NCBI GenBank assembly: GCA_029571125.1
Contig: JAKPTH010000325.1
Span: forward strand, 1-51,918
DNA length: 51,918 nucleotides
Direction of reading: 5' to 3'
Source: a bacterium
GTDB taxonomy: Bacteria > Muiribacteriota > UBA9980
Position 1 is the first letter of the stretch; every line of letters begins with the position of its first letter. Below are positions 10,252 to 18,695 of the stretch, piece by piece. Made by a program: the position numbers and the translations under genes. Below the pieces are notes generated by a model. That model was not told the DNA's origin, ran no database searches, and was given only the letters and a program-made list of their open reading frames with translations.

Positions 10252-10614
10252 ATGTTCGGAGAATTTGTAAAGCAAAAGCGTATTGAATGCGAACTTTCGC
10301 TCAGGGAATTCTGCCGCCGCCTCAACGAGGACGCCAGCAACTGGAGCAAAATAGAACGCGGAAAGCTCCCGCCGCCTCAAGATATTGAAAAAATCGAAAT
10401 GATCTCCGGCATCTTAAACATAAAAAAAGACTCTCAAGAGTGGAATAATCTGTTAGACTACGCCAGAATTGACGCCGGCATCATACCTGATTACGTTATG
10501 AAAGACAGTGAATTAATGGCGGTCCTGCCTCTTTTTTTTAGGACCGTCGACAACATTAAACCTACCCGCGAAGAACTTCTGAAAATCATCGAAGCCATAA
10601 AAAAAGGAAAATGA
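10252..10614 (+). CDS. XRE-family helix-turn-helix transcriptional regulator
   Basis: FGEFVKQKRIECELSLREFCRRLNEDASNWSKIERGK is a Cro/C1-type HTH. TTGACA at 10181 lies upstream. The region is AT-rich. Confidence 0.8.
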   Translation: MFGEFVKQKRIECELSLREFCRRLNEDASNWSKIERGKLPPPQDIEKIEMISGILNIKKDSQEWNNLLDYARIDAGIIPDYVMKDSELMAVLPLFFRTVDNIKPTREELLKIIEAIKKGK

Positions 10615-10669
10615 TCATGGCAGATTTTTTATCGTTCAAATGTCCTTATATCAGTAAAGCGCAAATAAT

Positions 10670-11014
10670 TTGCAGCATGTTCTACATAAAAAAATATATG
10701 AAGAAATGAATTTTAACAATGAATACGAATACATAGATTTTATTCAAGGCATCGACGAAAAAGAATACAAATTTTTTGAATGGCAGGCTAATTATTTCGC
10801 TGGAAATCTACTTGTGCCCCGCTATGAACTCTCGCTTGAAATAAATAAGATCATGTCAATTTTTGAGATCGATCCTGTATTATCGGGAATTCTCATTGAA
10901 AACCCGGTACAGGTTCTTGAAGGGATTTCTTCTTCAATATCTAAAAAATTCGGCGTATCGGACGAAGTCATAATTCGAAGAGCCAACGATGAAAAGCTCT
11001 GGCCTCCTACATAG
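10670..11014 (+). pseudogene. ImmA/IrrE-family metallopeptidase remnant (N-terminus and HExxH lost)
   Basis: It retains the family C-terminal motif FFEWQANYFAGNLLVPR. Where HExxH is expected, the frame reads stop-SANNLQHVLH (stop at 10655-10657). A separate 33-codon ORF (10611..10712) in another frame looks like the detached N-terminus (ADFLSFKCPYISKAQI). Confidence 0.45.
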
Positions 11015-11082
11015 ACTAATTTCTTTCAAATCAATCTTTTTCAACTTCCGAACAAATTAAAATTAAACTTCCAATCTCATAT

Positions 11083-11120
11083 ATACAAAAATATTTGTAT
11101 ATTTAAAATATTTTTGTATA
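11083..11120 (+). promoter_or_regulatory. Putative enhancer (UAS): two TTTGTATA boxes 19 bp apart
   Basis: TATACAAAAATATTTGTATA (inverted arms TATACAAA/TTTGTATA) with TTTGTATA at 11094-11101 and again at 11113-11120. The same two-box unit recurs at 15656/15675 and 33407/33426. Confidence 0.55.
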
Positions 11121-11228
11121 TTTAACCTGCTTCATTTTCTGTTTTCTCCGCTTGTTTTATCGTATCAAAACTCCCATATAGCTTATGACAGTCCCGTTTG
11201 AAGGAATTTCAGCCGCGGCAGCGGCGCA

Positions 11229-11244
11229 TGGCATAACACTTGCT
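11229..11244 (+). promoter_or_regulatory. Sigma-54 (-24/-12) promoter
   Basis: TGGCATAACACTTGCT matches TGGCACG-N4-TTGCW with correct GG/GC spacing. It lies 43 nt upstream of ATG 11287 and inside the 5' extension of the tracked ORF, which argues for the downstream start. Confidence 0.6.
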
Positions 11245-11286
11245 CATACGTTAGCATCCGTTTTATTTTTATACGGGGGCGATATA

Positions 11287-13941
11287 ATGAAAATCATCGA
11301 GAAGTTATTGTTTAATATTTTTCTTATAGCGATTTTTTCGGTTTCCATTCTTTTTAACACAACGGCCGGCGCAGCCGAACAGACGATTCAGCTTCGCGAC
11401 GGCTTCAACTTCGCGGCGGTTACCGTCACGCCGGATTCAGCAACGCAGGCCATCATGACCGCGAACCCGTCGATAAAAGAAATATATTTATACTCGGCTG
11501 CGGCAGGAAATTTTTTAAGTGCCGCGGCAGGCGATTTTTCTTCACTCGCCCCGGGCCGCGGCTATATAATCATAAGCAAAGGCGCGGCGGTGTTAAAGCT
11601 TCAGGGCACTGAGATCACGCAGGCCGGCGACATCAAATTAAAAGCCGGCTTCAATCTGAGCGGGTTCTCAAAAACTATCGTGCCCATAAAATTCAGCGAG
11701 TTGATATCCGCGAACCCCGCCGTCAAAGGCATTTACAAATGGAGCGCCGCGGCGGGCGGATTCGTGCAGGTGCTTCGCGTAAACGGCCTTCCGGCGGCCA
11801 TCGACGGGGCAGACCCTGAAATTATCTCTGGTCAATCATATTTTATAAATATGGCGGCGGATGCCATTTTAAATTACGACTCGGGCTCGATCAAAATAAC
11901 TGCTGGCGGGACCGAACCGCAGCCTCCGATCACGCCTTCGCCTTTATCGCTGGCGCTGTCGATAACCGAAATTTCCGTCGAGCAGGGCGGCGTTTACGAT
12001 CTGTCGCGAATAAAGGCGGCCGTCAAATATTCCGACGGCTCGACCAGGGAAGTTTCGGCAGTTTATACCTGCGATTCCGGCGCGATATTTGGAAACTTAT
12101 ACCAGGCGCCGGCCTCGCCCGGGACGGCGTCCATAACGGCGTCATATACTGAGGGCTCCTCGGCGCTCAAATGCGTTTTGAAACTAAACATAATCGAAAA
12201 ACCTCTGGACATAGCCGATTATTTCCCGCTGCGCCGAGAAGACCTTTATTACTACTCAAACGGCCAAGATGTCATCGACTACCGAATAACCGGCGAATAT
12301 TACGCGGCCGGAGTTCTGGCGACCAAATTCGCTTCGACCAACGGGACTTACGATCACTACAGGCTCGACGAAACCGGGCTTTATTACTGCGACACCGCGG
12401 CCGACAGGCCGACGAAACTATGCAATAAAAATCCGAAATTAAACGAAAGCTGCTTCAGTTACGTTAAAAACTCTCTCGGGCAGGCCGTATATACAAGCAC
12501 TCTCCTCTCGCGCGACGCTTACAGCGTTCACGGCGGATTGTTCGATGACGTGCTGGTAATAGAAAACAAAATGACGATGAACGGCGTAACGTCATCGATG
12601 TATTTCTTTTTCGCCAGGGGCGTCGGGCTGATAAGATACGCCACCAGTTTGATGCAGTTCGAATTCGCCGGCGGCCTCGTCGGCGGCCGTTCATACGCGC
12701 CCGTAAAGAAGAAATGGACGTTTTTGATATACTCGTGCGGCGACAACGATCGCGGCGACATAAGCCCCACTCTTATCAACGAGATAAAGGGCTATCGGAA
12801 CACAGATATCGAAAACGACGCCAACATAGTGGTACAGCTGTCGCCGTCTAAAAGTTATTACTCAAATATTTACAACTCCGAATTTTACAATATAACCGCG
12901 TCGCGTTATTATTTAAAAGACGGCGTGTTCTACCGAAATTACTCCAGGACTGGAGTGCATACCAATAACGGCGACCCGAACGACATTTACGGCTTTTTAA
13001 ACTGGGGCGCGACCGTTTTTCCCGCGGAGCATTACGCTATATTCATTTCGGCTCATGGCAGCGGGATCATATCGTGGACCGGATTCAGCGCGGCGGGGCC
13101 GAAACGCTCGATAGCCTATGACGACCATCCATACAATTACCTGAGCGCGGCCGAATATAAGAACGTGTTCAGTTCGATCAAGAACAAAATAGGCAAAAAG
13201 ATCGACATAATAACATTCGATTCGTGCGTAATGGGCATGCTCGAGGTCGCCTATCAGCTAAGGGACTGCGCCGATCATTTCGTAGCGTCCGAGGCGGTGG
13301 CGCTCGAGCGCGACACGGCGATGTTTTCGCAAAAATTCATGGCGCTCGCCGATAAATCGCCTCTCGCGGTATCGAAAGCGATAGTGGACTCATATATCGA
13401 TTCGGCAAAGCTCGCCGGAAAAAGCCTTACCATGTCCGCGGTCGATCTTGCAAAAGTATCCGCCATGGGTGGTTTTATAAGCTCGATAGCCTCGATGTGG
13501 CTTTCAAAATCAATGAATGAGAGCGAGATAGCGGCGTTCGTAAACGCCATCTATAAATCGCAGCGGTTCGGACCTGCGCCGTATAACGAATCCGCGGCGA
13601 CCATGCTGTATGATTTCTCGACGAGCTATATCGACGTCTTCGATTTCGCCGCGCAATTATCTCTGAACTCCGGAGCGGGCGATCTCAAAAATTACGCCGA
13701 TTCGATCTTAAATTATAAAAACACCTTGATAACCCACAGCCGGGCCACCGGCATTTATTATCCGCGCGCCGCGGGGCTCACGATATTCATTCCGAAGTTT
13801 TCGACGCAGTGGTATAACAGCGATATGACAAGCAACTACATCCGGGAGCAGTATATGTATTTAACCGACTTCGGCTCCTCGACGATGTGGGGTTCTTTCC
13901 TGGACGACTGGTCGGGGTTTCTTTACAGGAACGGGTGGTAA
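11287..13941 (+). CDS. Secreted clostripain-like (peptidase family C11) cysteine protease with N-terminal Ig-like (Big_2-type) domains
   Basis: Start moved to M35 of ORF 11185..13941 (GGGGG RBS 7 nt upstream). Signal peptide MKIIEKLLFNIFLIAIFSVSILFNTTAGAAE. C11 hallmarks are WTFLIYSCGDND, YAIFISAHGSG (His-Gly) and ITFDSCVMGMLEVAYQLRD (catalytic Cys). An Ig-like segment is ISVEQGGVYDLSRIKAAVKYSDGSTREVSAVYTC. Confidence 0.75.
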   Translation: MKIIEKLLFNIFLIAIFSVSILFNTTAGAAEQTIQLRDGFNFAAVTVTPDSATQAIMTANPSIKEIYLYSAAAGNFLSAAAGDFSSLAPGRGYIIISKGAAVLKLQGTEITQAGDIKLKAGFNLSGFSKTIVPIKFSELISANPAVKGIYKWSAAAGGFVQVLRVNGLPAAIDGADPEIISGQSYFINMAADAILNYDSGSIKITAGGTEPQPPITPSPLSLALSITEISVEQGGVYDLSRIKAAVKYSDGSTREVSAVYTCDSGAIFGNLYQAPASPGTASITASYTEGSSALKCVLKLNIIEKPLDIADYFPLRREDLYYYSNGQDVIDYRITGEYYAAGVLATKFASTNGTYDHYRLDETGLYYCDTAADRPTKLCNKNPKLNESCFSYVKNSLGQAVYTSTLLSRDAYSVHGGLFDDVLVIENKMTMNGVTSSMYFFFARGVGLIRYATSLMQFEFAGGLVGGRSYAPVKKKWTFLIYSCGDNDRGDISPTLINEIKGYRNTDIENDANIVVQLSPSKSYYSNIYNSEFYNITASRYYLKDGVFYRNYSRTGVHTNNGDPNDIYGFLNWGATVFPAEHYAIFISAHGSGIISWTGFSAAGPKRSIAYDDHPYNYLSAAEYKNVFSSIKNKIGKKIDIITFDSCVMGMLEVAYQLRDCADHFVASEAVALERDTAMFSQKFMALADKSPLAVSKAIVDSYIDSAKLAGKSLTMSAVDLAKVSAMGGFISSIASMWLSKSMNESEIAAFVNAIYKSQRFGPAPYNESAATMLYDFSTSYIDVFDFAAQLSLNSGAGDLKNYADSILNYKNTLITHSRATGIYYPRAAGLTIFIPKFSTQWYNSDMTSNYIREQYMYLTDFGSSTMWGSFLDDWSGFLYRNGW

Positions 13942-14016
13942 CATAATAAAATAAGGAGGTGAAAAACTCTAAATAAATCAAAAATATTACCAAAACTCTA
14001 AATATTAATTTGAAAG

Positions 14017-15567
14017 GTGACCATGATGAAATTAATAAAAGCGCAGTTAATAATTTTAATTCTTTTTTTGATGTTCGCTTCGAGCGCCGCAGCGGGCGAA
14101 ATAAAAGACGTCGTCAAAGGCATGGAAAATTCAGTCGTATCGGTAAAAGTCACGAACGAAAAAGGCCAAAAGATATCAGGAAGCGGGTTTTGCTACATAT
14201 CATCTCAATATATCGTAACTAATTATCATGTAATCGAAGACGCGGTTAAAATAACGGTAAGTTTGAAAAGCGGCAAAACGTATAACGTCAAAGACATTTA
14301 TAAATCCGACAAAGAAAGAGATATAGCCATTTTAAAGATCGCCGGCTCGGAGCTCACCCCTATAGAAAGATCAGAAGGTGTCGAAGTCGGCGAAAAAATC
14401 ATCGTAATAGGTAATCCTCTCGGACTTTCGTTTTCTGTGTCAGACGGAATAGTAAGTTCTTTCAGGGGCAAGGAAGCGAGTTTCGACAGGGCGATACAGA
14501 TAACCGCGCCCATTTCTCCGGGAAACAGCGGCGGCCCGCTGCTAGATGAGAACGCGAAATTGCTCGGAATAACGACTTATTCATTCAAGGACGGCCAGAA
14601 TTTGAACTTCGCCGTCCCGGCCGAATATATTGAAAAAATGATCAACCCTCAAAAAGTTGAAACGGTTAAATTAACCAGCGCCCAGGCCCAGTGCGCTGAT
14701 TGCAAAAAAGAAATCAAAAATTACGATGAAATGAAATTCTGTCCTTACTGCGGCGCAAAACTTGATAAAGCGGACGTCAAAATTGAAAATTCATCGGTCA
14801 GCGTAAACGACAGAAAAAAACTATTCGATAAACTTTTAAACCTGTGCCGCAAAAACATATCTGGAATGACGAATTTCTTTACCGTGCGCGACGCCGTAAA
14901 AATTATCAGAACTCTGAACGAGATCAACGAAAATAATTATATAGTGGAGTCGATGCTCTCTATAGCCTATACTATCGACGGAGACAAAAAATTATCAAAA
15001 AAATATCTGGATAAGGCCGTTTTAAATCAAAAAAGAAGCGCTTCAGGCTCGGACGAAATTTTGCTCAGGGCGCAGATATTATACGAACACACATTCGGCG
15101 ACGACACGGCGGCACAGAATAAAATGTCGGCGGCCAAAAACCGGGAAGGCGATCTCAAGAAATTTTATGAAAATTTATCGGAACATGGAAAAGACGGCCA
15201 TATAGTTTCGCCGCTCAGTTTTGAAAAAGTATCGAAATTAAAGGGAGAGCCTAAATACAAGACCGCAATGATAATCGGAGATTATAACTTCGAACTGTCA
15301 ATTTACGAAAGATACAACGAGTTCGAAGAATATTACAGATACCTGGTGCTGATATTTTTGAAGGATGTTTACATAGGGCAGATAAACTTTATCAGAATGC
15401 TGCCAAGCGAGCTTATCATCAGAGGCGAGGCCATAAAAGCCCTTAACAGGAACCACCAGGAAGCCGTAACCGCCTGGAAAAAATTTAAAGAAGATCCCGA
15501 ATATAAGGCCATCGAAAGGTTTTTTCCTGAATTTGACGGTTTGGGATGGATAATAGAATTAAAATAA
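14017..15567 (+). CDS. Secreted trypsin-like (S1C/HtrA-like) serine protease fused to a zinc ribbon and an unknown C-terminal domain
   Basis: Signal peptide KLIKAQLIILILFLMFASSAAAGE. Catalytic triad context is IVTNYHVIEDA / DIAILKI / GNSGGPLLD. The zinc ribbon is CADCKKEIKNYDEMKFCPYCGAKL. About 250 aa at the C-terminus have no recognisable motif. The true start is probably ATG 14023 or 14026. Confidence 0.75.
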   Translation: MTMMKLIKAQLIILILFLMFASSAAAGEIKDVVKGMENSVVSVKVTNEKGQKISGSGFCYISSQYIVTNYHVIEDAVKITVSLKSGKTYNVKDIYKSDKERDIAILKIAGSELTPIERSEGVEVGEKIIVIGNPLGLSFSVSDGIVSSFRGKEASFDRAIQITAPISPGNSGGPLLDENAKLLGITTYSFKDGQNLNFAVPAEYIEKMINPQKVETVKLTSAQAQCADCKKEIKNYDEMKFCPYCGAKLDKADVKIENSSVSVNDRKKLFDKLLNLCRKNISGMTNFFTVRDAVKIIRTLNEINENNYIVESMLSIAYTIDGDKKLSKKYLDKAVLNQKRSASGSDEILLRAQILYEHTFGDDTAAQNKMSAAKNREGDLKKFYENLSEHGKDGHIVSPLSFEKVSKLKGEPKYKTAMIIGDYNFELSIYERYNEFEEYYRYLVLIFLKDVYIGQINFIRMLPSELIIRGEAIKALNRNHQEAVTAWKKFKEDPEYKAIERFFPEFDGLGWIIELK

Positions 15568-15586
15568 AAACTTTAATAATTCTTTA

Positions 15587-15640
15587 AAACCGCTTTTTAA
15601 GGCCAGTATTCAAAAGCCTTATGAAGCGGTTTTTCTTTTC
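15587..15640 (+). terminator. Probable intrinsic terminator of the protease operon
   Basis: AAAACCGCTT (15587-15596) pairs with AAGCGGTTTT (15624-15633), with an inner AAGGC/GCCTT pairing, followed by TTTTCTTTTC. Confidence 0.5.
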
Positions 15641-15648
15641 TTCATTAT

Positions 15649-15682
15649 AAAAATATTTGTATACATCAAAAAAATTTGTATA
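15649..15682 (+). promoter_or_regulatory. Putative enhancer (UAS): two TTTGTATA boxes 19 bp apart
   Basis: AAAAATATTTGTATA...AAAAAATTTGTATA with TTTGTATA at 15656-15663 and 15675-15682. Confidence 0.55.
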
Positions 15683-15811
15683 ATAATTCTGATTTTATTA
15701 TTCTTTCTTAACTTATCAAGTGTTTTAACTTGATCTTAAAACAGCTCTTATTATTAGATTTTTTCGTTTAAATTCGATTATCAGCAGTGCTTTTATTAAC
15801 AATATAAAAAT

Positions 15812-15827
15812 CGGCACGCTAAATGCT
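15812..15827 (+). promoter_or_regulatory. Sigma-54 (-24/-12) promoter
   Basis: CGGCACGCTAAATGCT has GGCACG-N4-xTGCT with correct spacing. It lies 131 bp downstream of the UAS and 76 nt upstream of ATG 15903. Confidence 0.6.
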
Positions 15828-15902
15828 TTGTTAACTGCATGACGTTATTAAGCGGCCGCTGAAGTATTAATAATCATAATTTTAAATCCAAAGGAGAATT
15901 CT

Positions 15903-17000
15903 ATGAAAAAGCCTGTCAGATTAAATTTCAAACCTGAATTTTTTGTTTTTATTTTCTTTTTCGCCCTGTTCGATCTGAATTTTGCCGCGGCTCAAACGAC
16001 CTTAGAGGTCGCCTTTCAAACAATGGAAGTCCGGGTCAAGCCCGCCGAAAGCACTCTGGAGATAGCACTGATGCCCTTCGACGACCGGCCGAACTCGGCT
16101 GAAATCGAATTTAATTCGGCGCTCGGATACATTAATAAGCAGGAATATACCACGGCTATAGAGCTTCTTAAGAGATCCGCCGATTTCGACCCAGGCTTCG
16201 CGAAGGCGTATTATAACATGGGACTCTGCCTGTACCGGCTCGGCATGAACTATAATGCTTCGGAGCAGTTCGGTTACGCCATCGATAAAAACCCCAATTA
16301 TATAGACGCTTATCACAATAATATCGTAATATTAAGTAAAATCGGAAAAAACAAGGAAGCGGCCGCGCTTGCCGAAATTGCAACCGGCCTTTGCAATAAG
16401 CTTAAGTTATACGAAAGGGCCGAAACCTATAAAAAAATCCTTGAAAGTCTCAAAACCAGATATAAAGAAGAAAGGAAAACTGAGCGTAAAAAAAAGTACG
16501 GCGAAAAAGAGACTGCCGAGATACTCAAAAAGATGAGGACGGAAACCGACGACGTGGCCGATATGACAAGATACACCGATAAAAGCACCACGGCTTATAA
16601 CAACGTGGAGTCCTTTCATTTAACGCTCATCAAACCGAAAGAGTTAGAAAAGCCGTTATTATATTTAAAGATCCAGAGGCGCGGCTCGGAATATCTGGGC
16701 ATTCAAAGCTACACGATAAAAGCGGACGAGAATAAATTCGAAATCACACTGGGCTGGAACGACCTGAAATCCGATTTCAACTACGGCGCCGCGTCCGAAA
16801 ACTATACCATGCACGTTAACAACAGCAATATCGACATGATAAAATCCCTGGCCGGAGCTAAAAAAATTATCATAAGATACCATGGCAGGCAGTTTTACGA
16901 CGACAGAACCGTATCAGCTAAAGAGATCAAGGCCCTGAACAACGTTCTCGAAGCATATGAAGCTTTGGGCGGCGATTTTGAAGATATGGACTTAAATTAA
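15903..17000 (+). CDS. Secreted TPR-repeat protein with an unknown C-terminal domain
   Basis: RBS AAAGGAGAA. Signal peptide FVFIFFFALFDLNFAAAQT. TPR-like repeats (FNSALGYINKQEYTTAIELLKRSADFDPGFAKAYYNMGLCLYRLGMNYNASEQFGYAIDKNPNYIDAYHN). A Lys/Glu-rich linker is followed by a ~150-aa domain I do not recognise. Confidence 0.7.
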   Translation: MKKPVRLNFKPEFFVFIFFFALFDLNFAAAQTTLEVAFQTMEVRVKPAESTLEIALMPFDDRPNSAEIEFNSALGYINKQEYTTAIELLKRSADFDPGFAKAYYNMGLCLYRLGMNYNASEQFGYAIDKNPNYIDAYHNNIVILSKIGKNKEAAALAEIATGLCNKLKLYERAETYKKILESLKTRYKEERKTERKKKYGEKETAEILKKMRTETDDVADMTRYTDKSTTAYNNVESFHLTLIKPKELEKPLLYLKIQRRGSEYLGIQSYTIKADENKFEITLGWNDLKSDFNYGAASENYTMHVNNSNIDMIKSLAGAKKIIIRYHGRQFYDDRTVSAKEIKALNNVLEAYEALGGDFEDMDLN

Positions 17001-17022
17001 AACGAAAAACAAATATATAGGG

Positions 17023-17217
17023 GTGTTTGAAAATCATGAAAAATTTAAATTACTGATTGTATTGGCGATAGGTTCTATGGCCGAGGGCGGCGTCAATCCG
17101 TTCGCTGGTGAATGGATCGGCAACTGGATAACATCGAGCGGCCAGGGCGGAACGGTCACGCTCAATATAACCGGCGCGGGCGTTCTGAGGGGCAACGCGA
17201 ATCTCAACAGGCAATAA
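17023..17217 (+). CDS. Small hypothetical ORF (64 aa, Gly-rich), doubtful
   Basis: GTG start only. A hydrophobic N-terminus is followed by GGVNPFAGEWIGNWITSSGQGGTVTLNITGAG. There is no clear RBS and it may be a fragment. Confidence 0.2.
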   Translation: MFENHEKFKLLIVLAIGSMAEGGVNPFAGEWIGNWITSSGQGGTVTLNITGAGVLRGNANLNRQ

Positions 17218-17243
17218 AACCAATACCTGATAATAACAAACTG

Positions 17244-17299
17244 ATATAAAACGGCAGTCAGAACATTACAATAATCCCGTACTGAATGCTGTTTTATAT
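17244..17299 (+). terminator. Imperfect long hairpin between the TPR operon and BREX
   Basis: ATATAAAACGGCAGTCAG (17244-17261) pairs with CTGAATGCTGTTTTATAT (17282-17299), with 2 mismatches and a 20-nt loop, followed by TTTG. Confidence 0.35.
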
Positions 17300-17324
17300 T
17301 TGCGATTCATTTATTCGCATTCAA

Positions 17325-17353
17325 TTGACAAAATCCATGATATATGATATATT
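17325..17353 (+). promoter_or_regulatory. Near-consensus sigma-70 promoter of the BREX operon
   Basis: TTGACA (17325-17330), 17 nt, TATATT (17348-17353), with TG at -15/-14. A 5-bp inverted repeat TGCGA-N9-TCGCA (17301-17319) abuts the -35 and could be an operator. Confidence 0.6.
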
Positions 17354-17430
17354 TTCTAATGATTTTTCAATAATTTACCGTTTTATATCCGATACTCAAT
17401 AATACTTAAATTTTAAAGGGCATTTTCGCT

Positions 17431-18057
17431 ATGAATAAAAAAAAGTACAAAATGTCGTTCACTACGGGCGGACTTTTTTTCAACGAATCGCTTAAAGCCG
17501 CCGAAATTTATTCGCGCCTTCGCGACTGGGAGGCTGCCCGCGGCGAGATCGAAGATAAAAATACGCTTCAGGCCAACAGGGCGAGCACGCTCAAGCGCGT
17601 CAGCCTGGAGATATGCTCGCGCCTCAAAACTCTCGCAGACAAAGAGGTCGAATATTTATTAACCGCCTGCCCCCACGAGCAGCGGCTTATTTTATGGCTC
17701 GCCGTATGCCGCCGCTACAGGTTCATCGGCCAGTTCGCGGCTGAAATCATACGCGAGCGCTTCCTTTCGATGCGCTACGAGCTCGCGGCCGAGGATTTCG
17801 ACGCCTTTTTCAATTTGAAGGCGCAGTGGAACGACGGTCTTGAAAAGATCAAACCCGCCACGCGCGCGAAACTCCGCCAGGTATTTTTTAAAATTATCCG
17901 CGAGGCCGAGCTGATGGCGCCCGCCGGCGATATCATGCCGCCCATTTTTTCGCGAGGCCTTATCGAACTTTTAAGCGAAACCGCCCCGGCCGACATTTTT
18001 TACTTTCCGACGCACGAAAAGATCGGGGGATTCGAATCAGGAAGGGGCGCGGCATGA
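17431..18057 (+). CDS. brxA: BREX protein BrxA (DUF1819 family)
   Basis: ~200 aa, YKMSFTTGGLFFNESLKAAEIY N-terminus typical of DUF1819. It is the first gene of a brxA-brxB-brxC-pglX-pglZ-brxL array and has an ATGA overlap with the next gene. Confidence 0.8.
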   Translation: MNKKKYKMSFTTGGLFFNESLKAAEIYSRLRDWEAARGEIEDKNTLQANRASTLKRVSLEICSRLKTLADKEVEYLLTACPHEQRLILWLAVCRRYRFIGQFAAEIIRERFLSMRYELAAEDFDAFFNLKAQWNDGLEKIKPATRAKLRQVFFKIIREAELMAPAGDIMPPIFSRGLIELLSETAPADIFYFPTHEKIGGFESGRGAA

Positions 18058-18695
18058 AAAACAATACGAACCACTCCGCCGGTCACGGGACCTGTAATTT
18101 AAATAAAGCTCCCCATATGTTCGCCCACCTGGTGAAGGTTATCTCCAGCGAACGGTTTCTGAAGATGCAGGGCCTCGGCAACGAGATCCCTTTCTTCATA
18201 TGCCCGTTCAAAGCCGAAAATGCTTTCGAAATCGACCAGATGCGCAGGCAGCTGGCCAATAAATTAACTCAGGAAGGCGTTTCGGTGCTCGAGATAGACC
18301 TTTACGACCTGTCGATAAATCTTCTCCGGCAGCGCGGTTTATTCGACAGGCTGATCGGGATGGAGGCGGAGATGCCCAAGGACCATCTTTTAGAAACGCT
18401 CGGCAACGTACTGGACCCGAGGTCATATTTAGTCCCGGAGATCGCAGGAATATCGGAAAGCGCCGGAGATTATGACGTAATGTTCATATGCGGCGTCGGA
18501 GAGGTTTTTCCATACATCAGGTCGCACAACATCCTCGAGGACCTTCAGATAGCGATCAAGAACAGGCCCGTGGTGCTTTTTTTCCCGGGCGATTACACAT
18601 TTTCGATAGAATCGGGATCGTCGCTGAAGCTTTTCGGACGGATGGAGGACAATAAGTACTATAGGGCGCAGAATATCCTCAACTACCAGATATGA
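18054..18695 (+). CDS. brxB: BREX protein BrxB (DUF1788 family)
   Basis: ~210 aa. Its position and the IPFFICPFKAENAFEI...VMFICGVGEVFPYIRSHNIL pattern match DUF1788. Confidence 0.8.
   Translation: MKNNTNHSAGHGTCNLNKAPHMFAHLVKVISSERFLKMQGLGNEIPFFICPFKAENAFEIDQMRRQLANKLTQEGVSVLEIDLYDLSINLLRQRGLFDRLIGMEAEMPKDHLLETLGNVLDPRSYLVPEIAGISESAGDYDVMFICGVGEVFPYIRSHNILEDLQIAIKNRPVVLFFPGDYTFSIESGSSLKLFGRMEDNKYYRAQNILNYQI

Noticed and set aside
11185-11286. 5' extension of the C11 peptidase ORF (MTVPFEGISAAAAAHG...)
   Set aside because: The extension contains the sigma-54 -24/-12 element, lacks an RBS and would bury the signal peptide. ATG 11287, with a GGGGG RBS, is the credible start.
15602-15615. 14-nt exact match GCCAGTATTCAAAA also at 35322-35335
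   Set aside because: One copy lies in a terminator loop and the other inside the tspO coding sequence on the opposite strand. There is no flanking similarity, so I treat it as coincidence.
17325-17337. Identical 13-nt ATTGACAAAATCC at the BREX promoter and at the esterase promoter (35913-35925), with both promoters ending in TGATATATT
   Set aside because: Both are simply near-consensus extended -10 sigma-70 promoters, and thrS and the XRE gene also use TTGACA. The shared extra AAAATCC is too short to argue for a common operator without genome-wide statistics.
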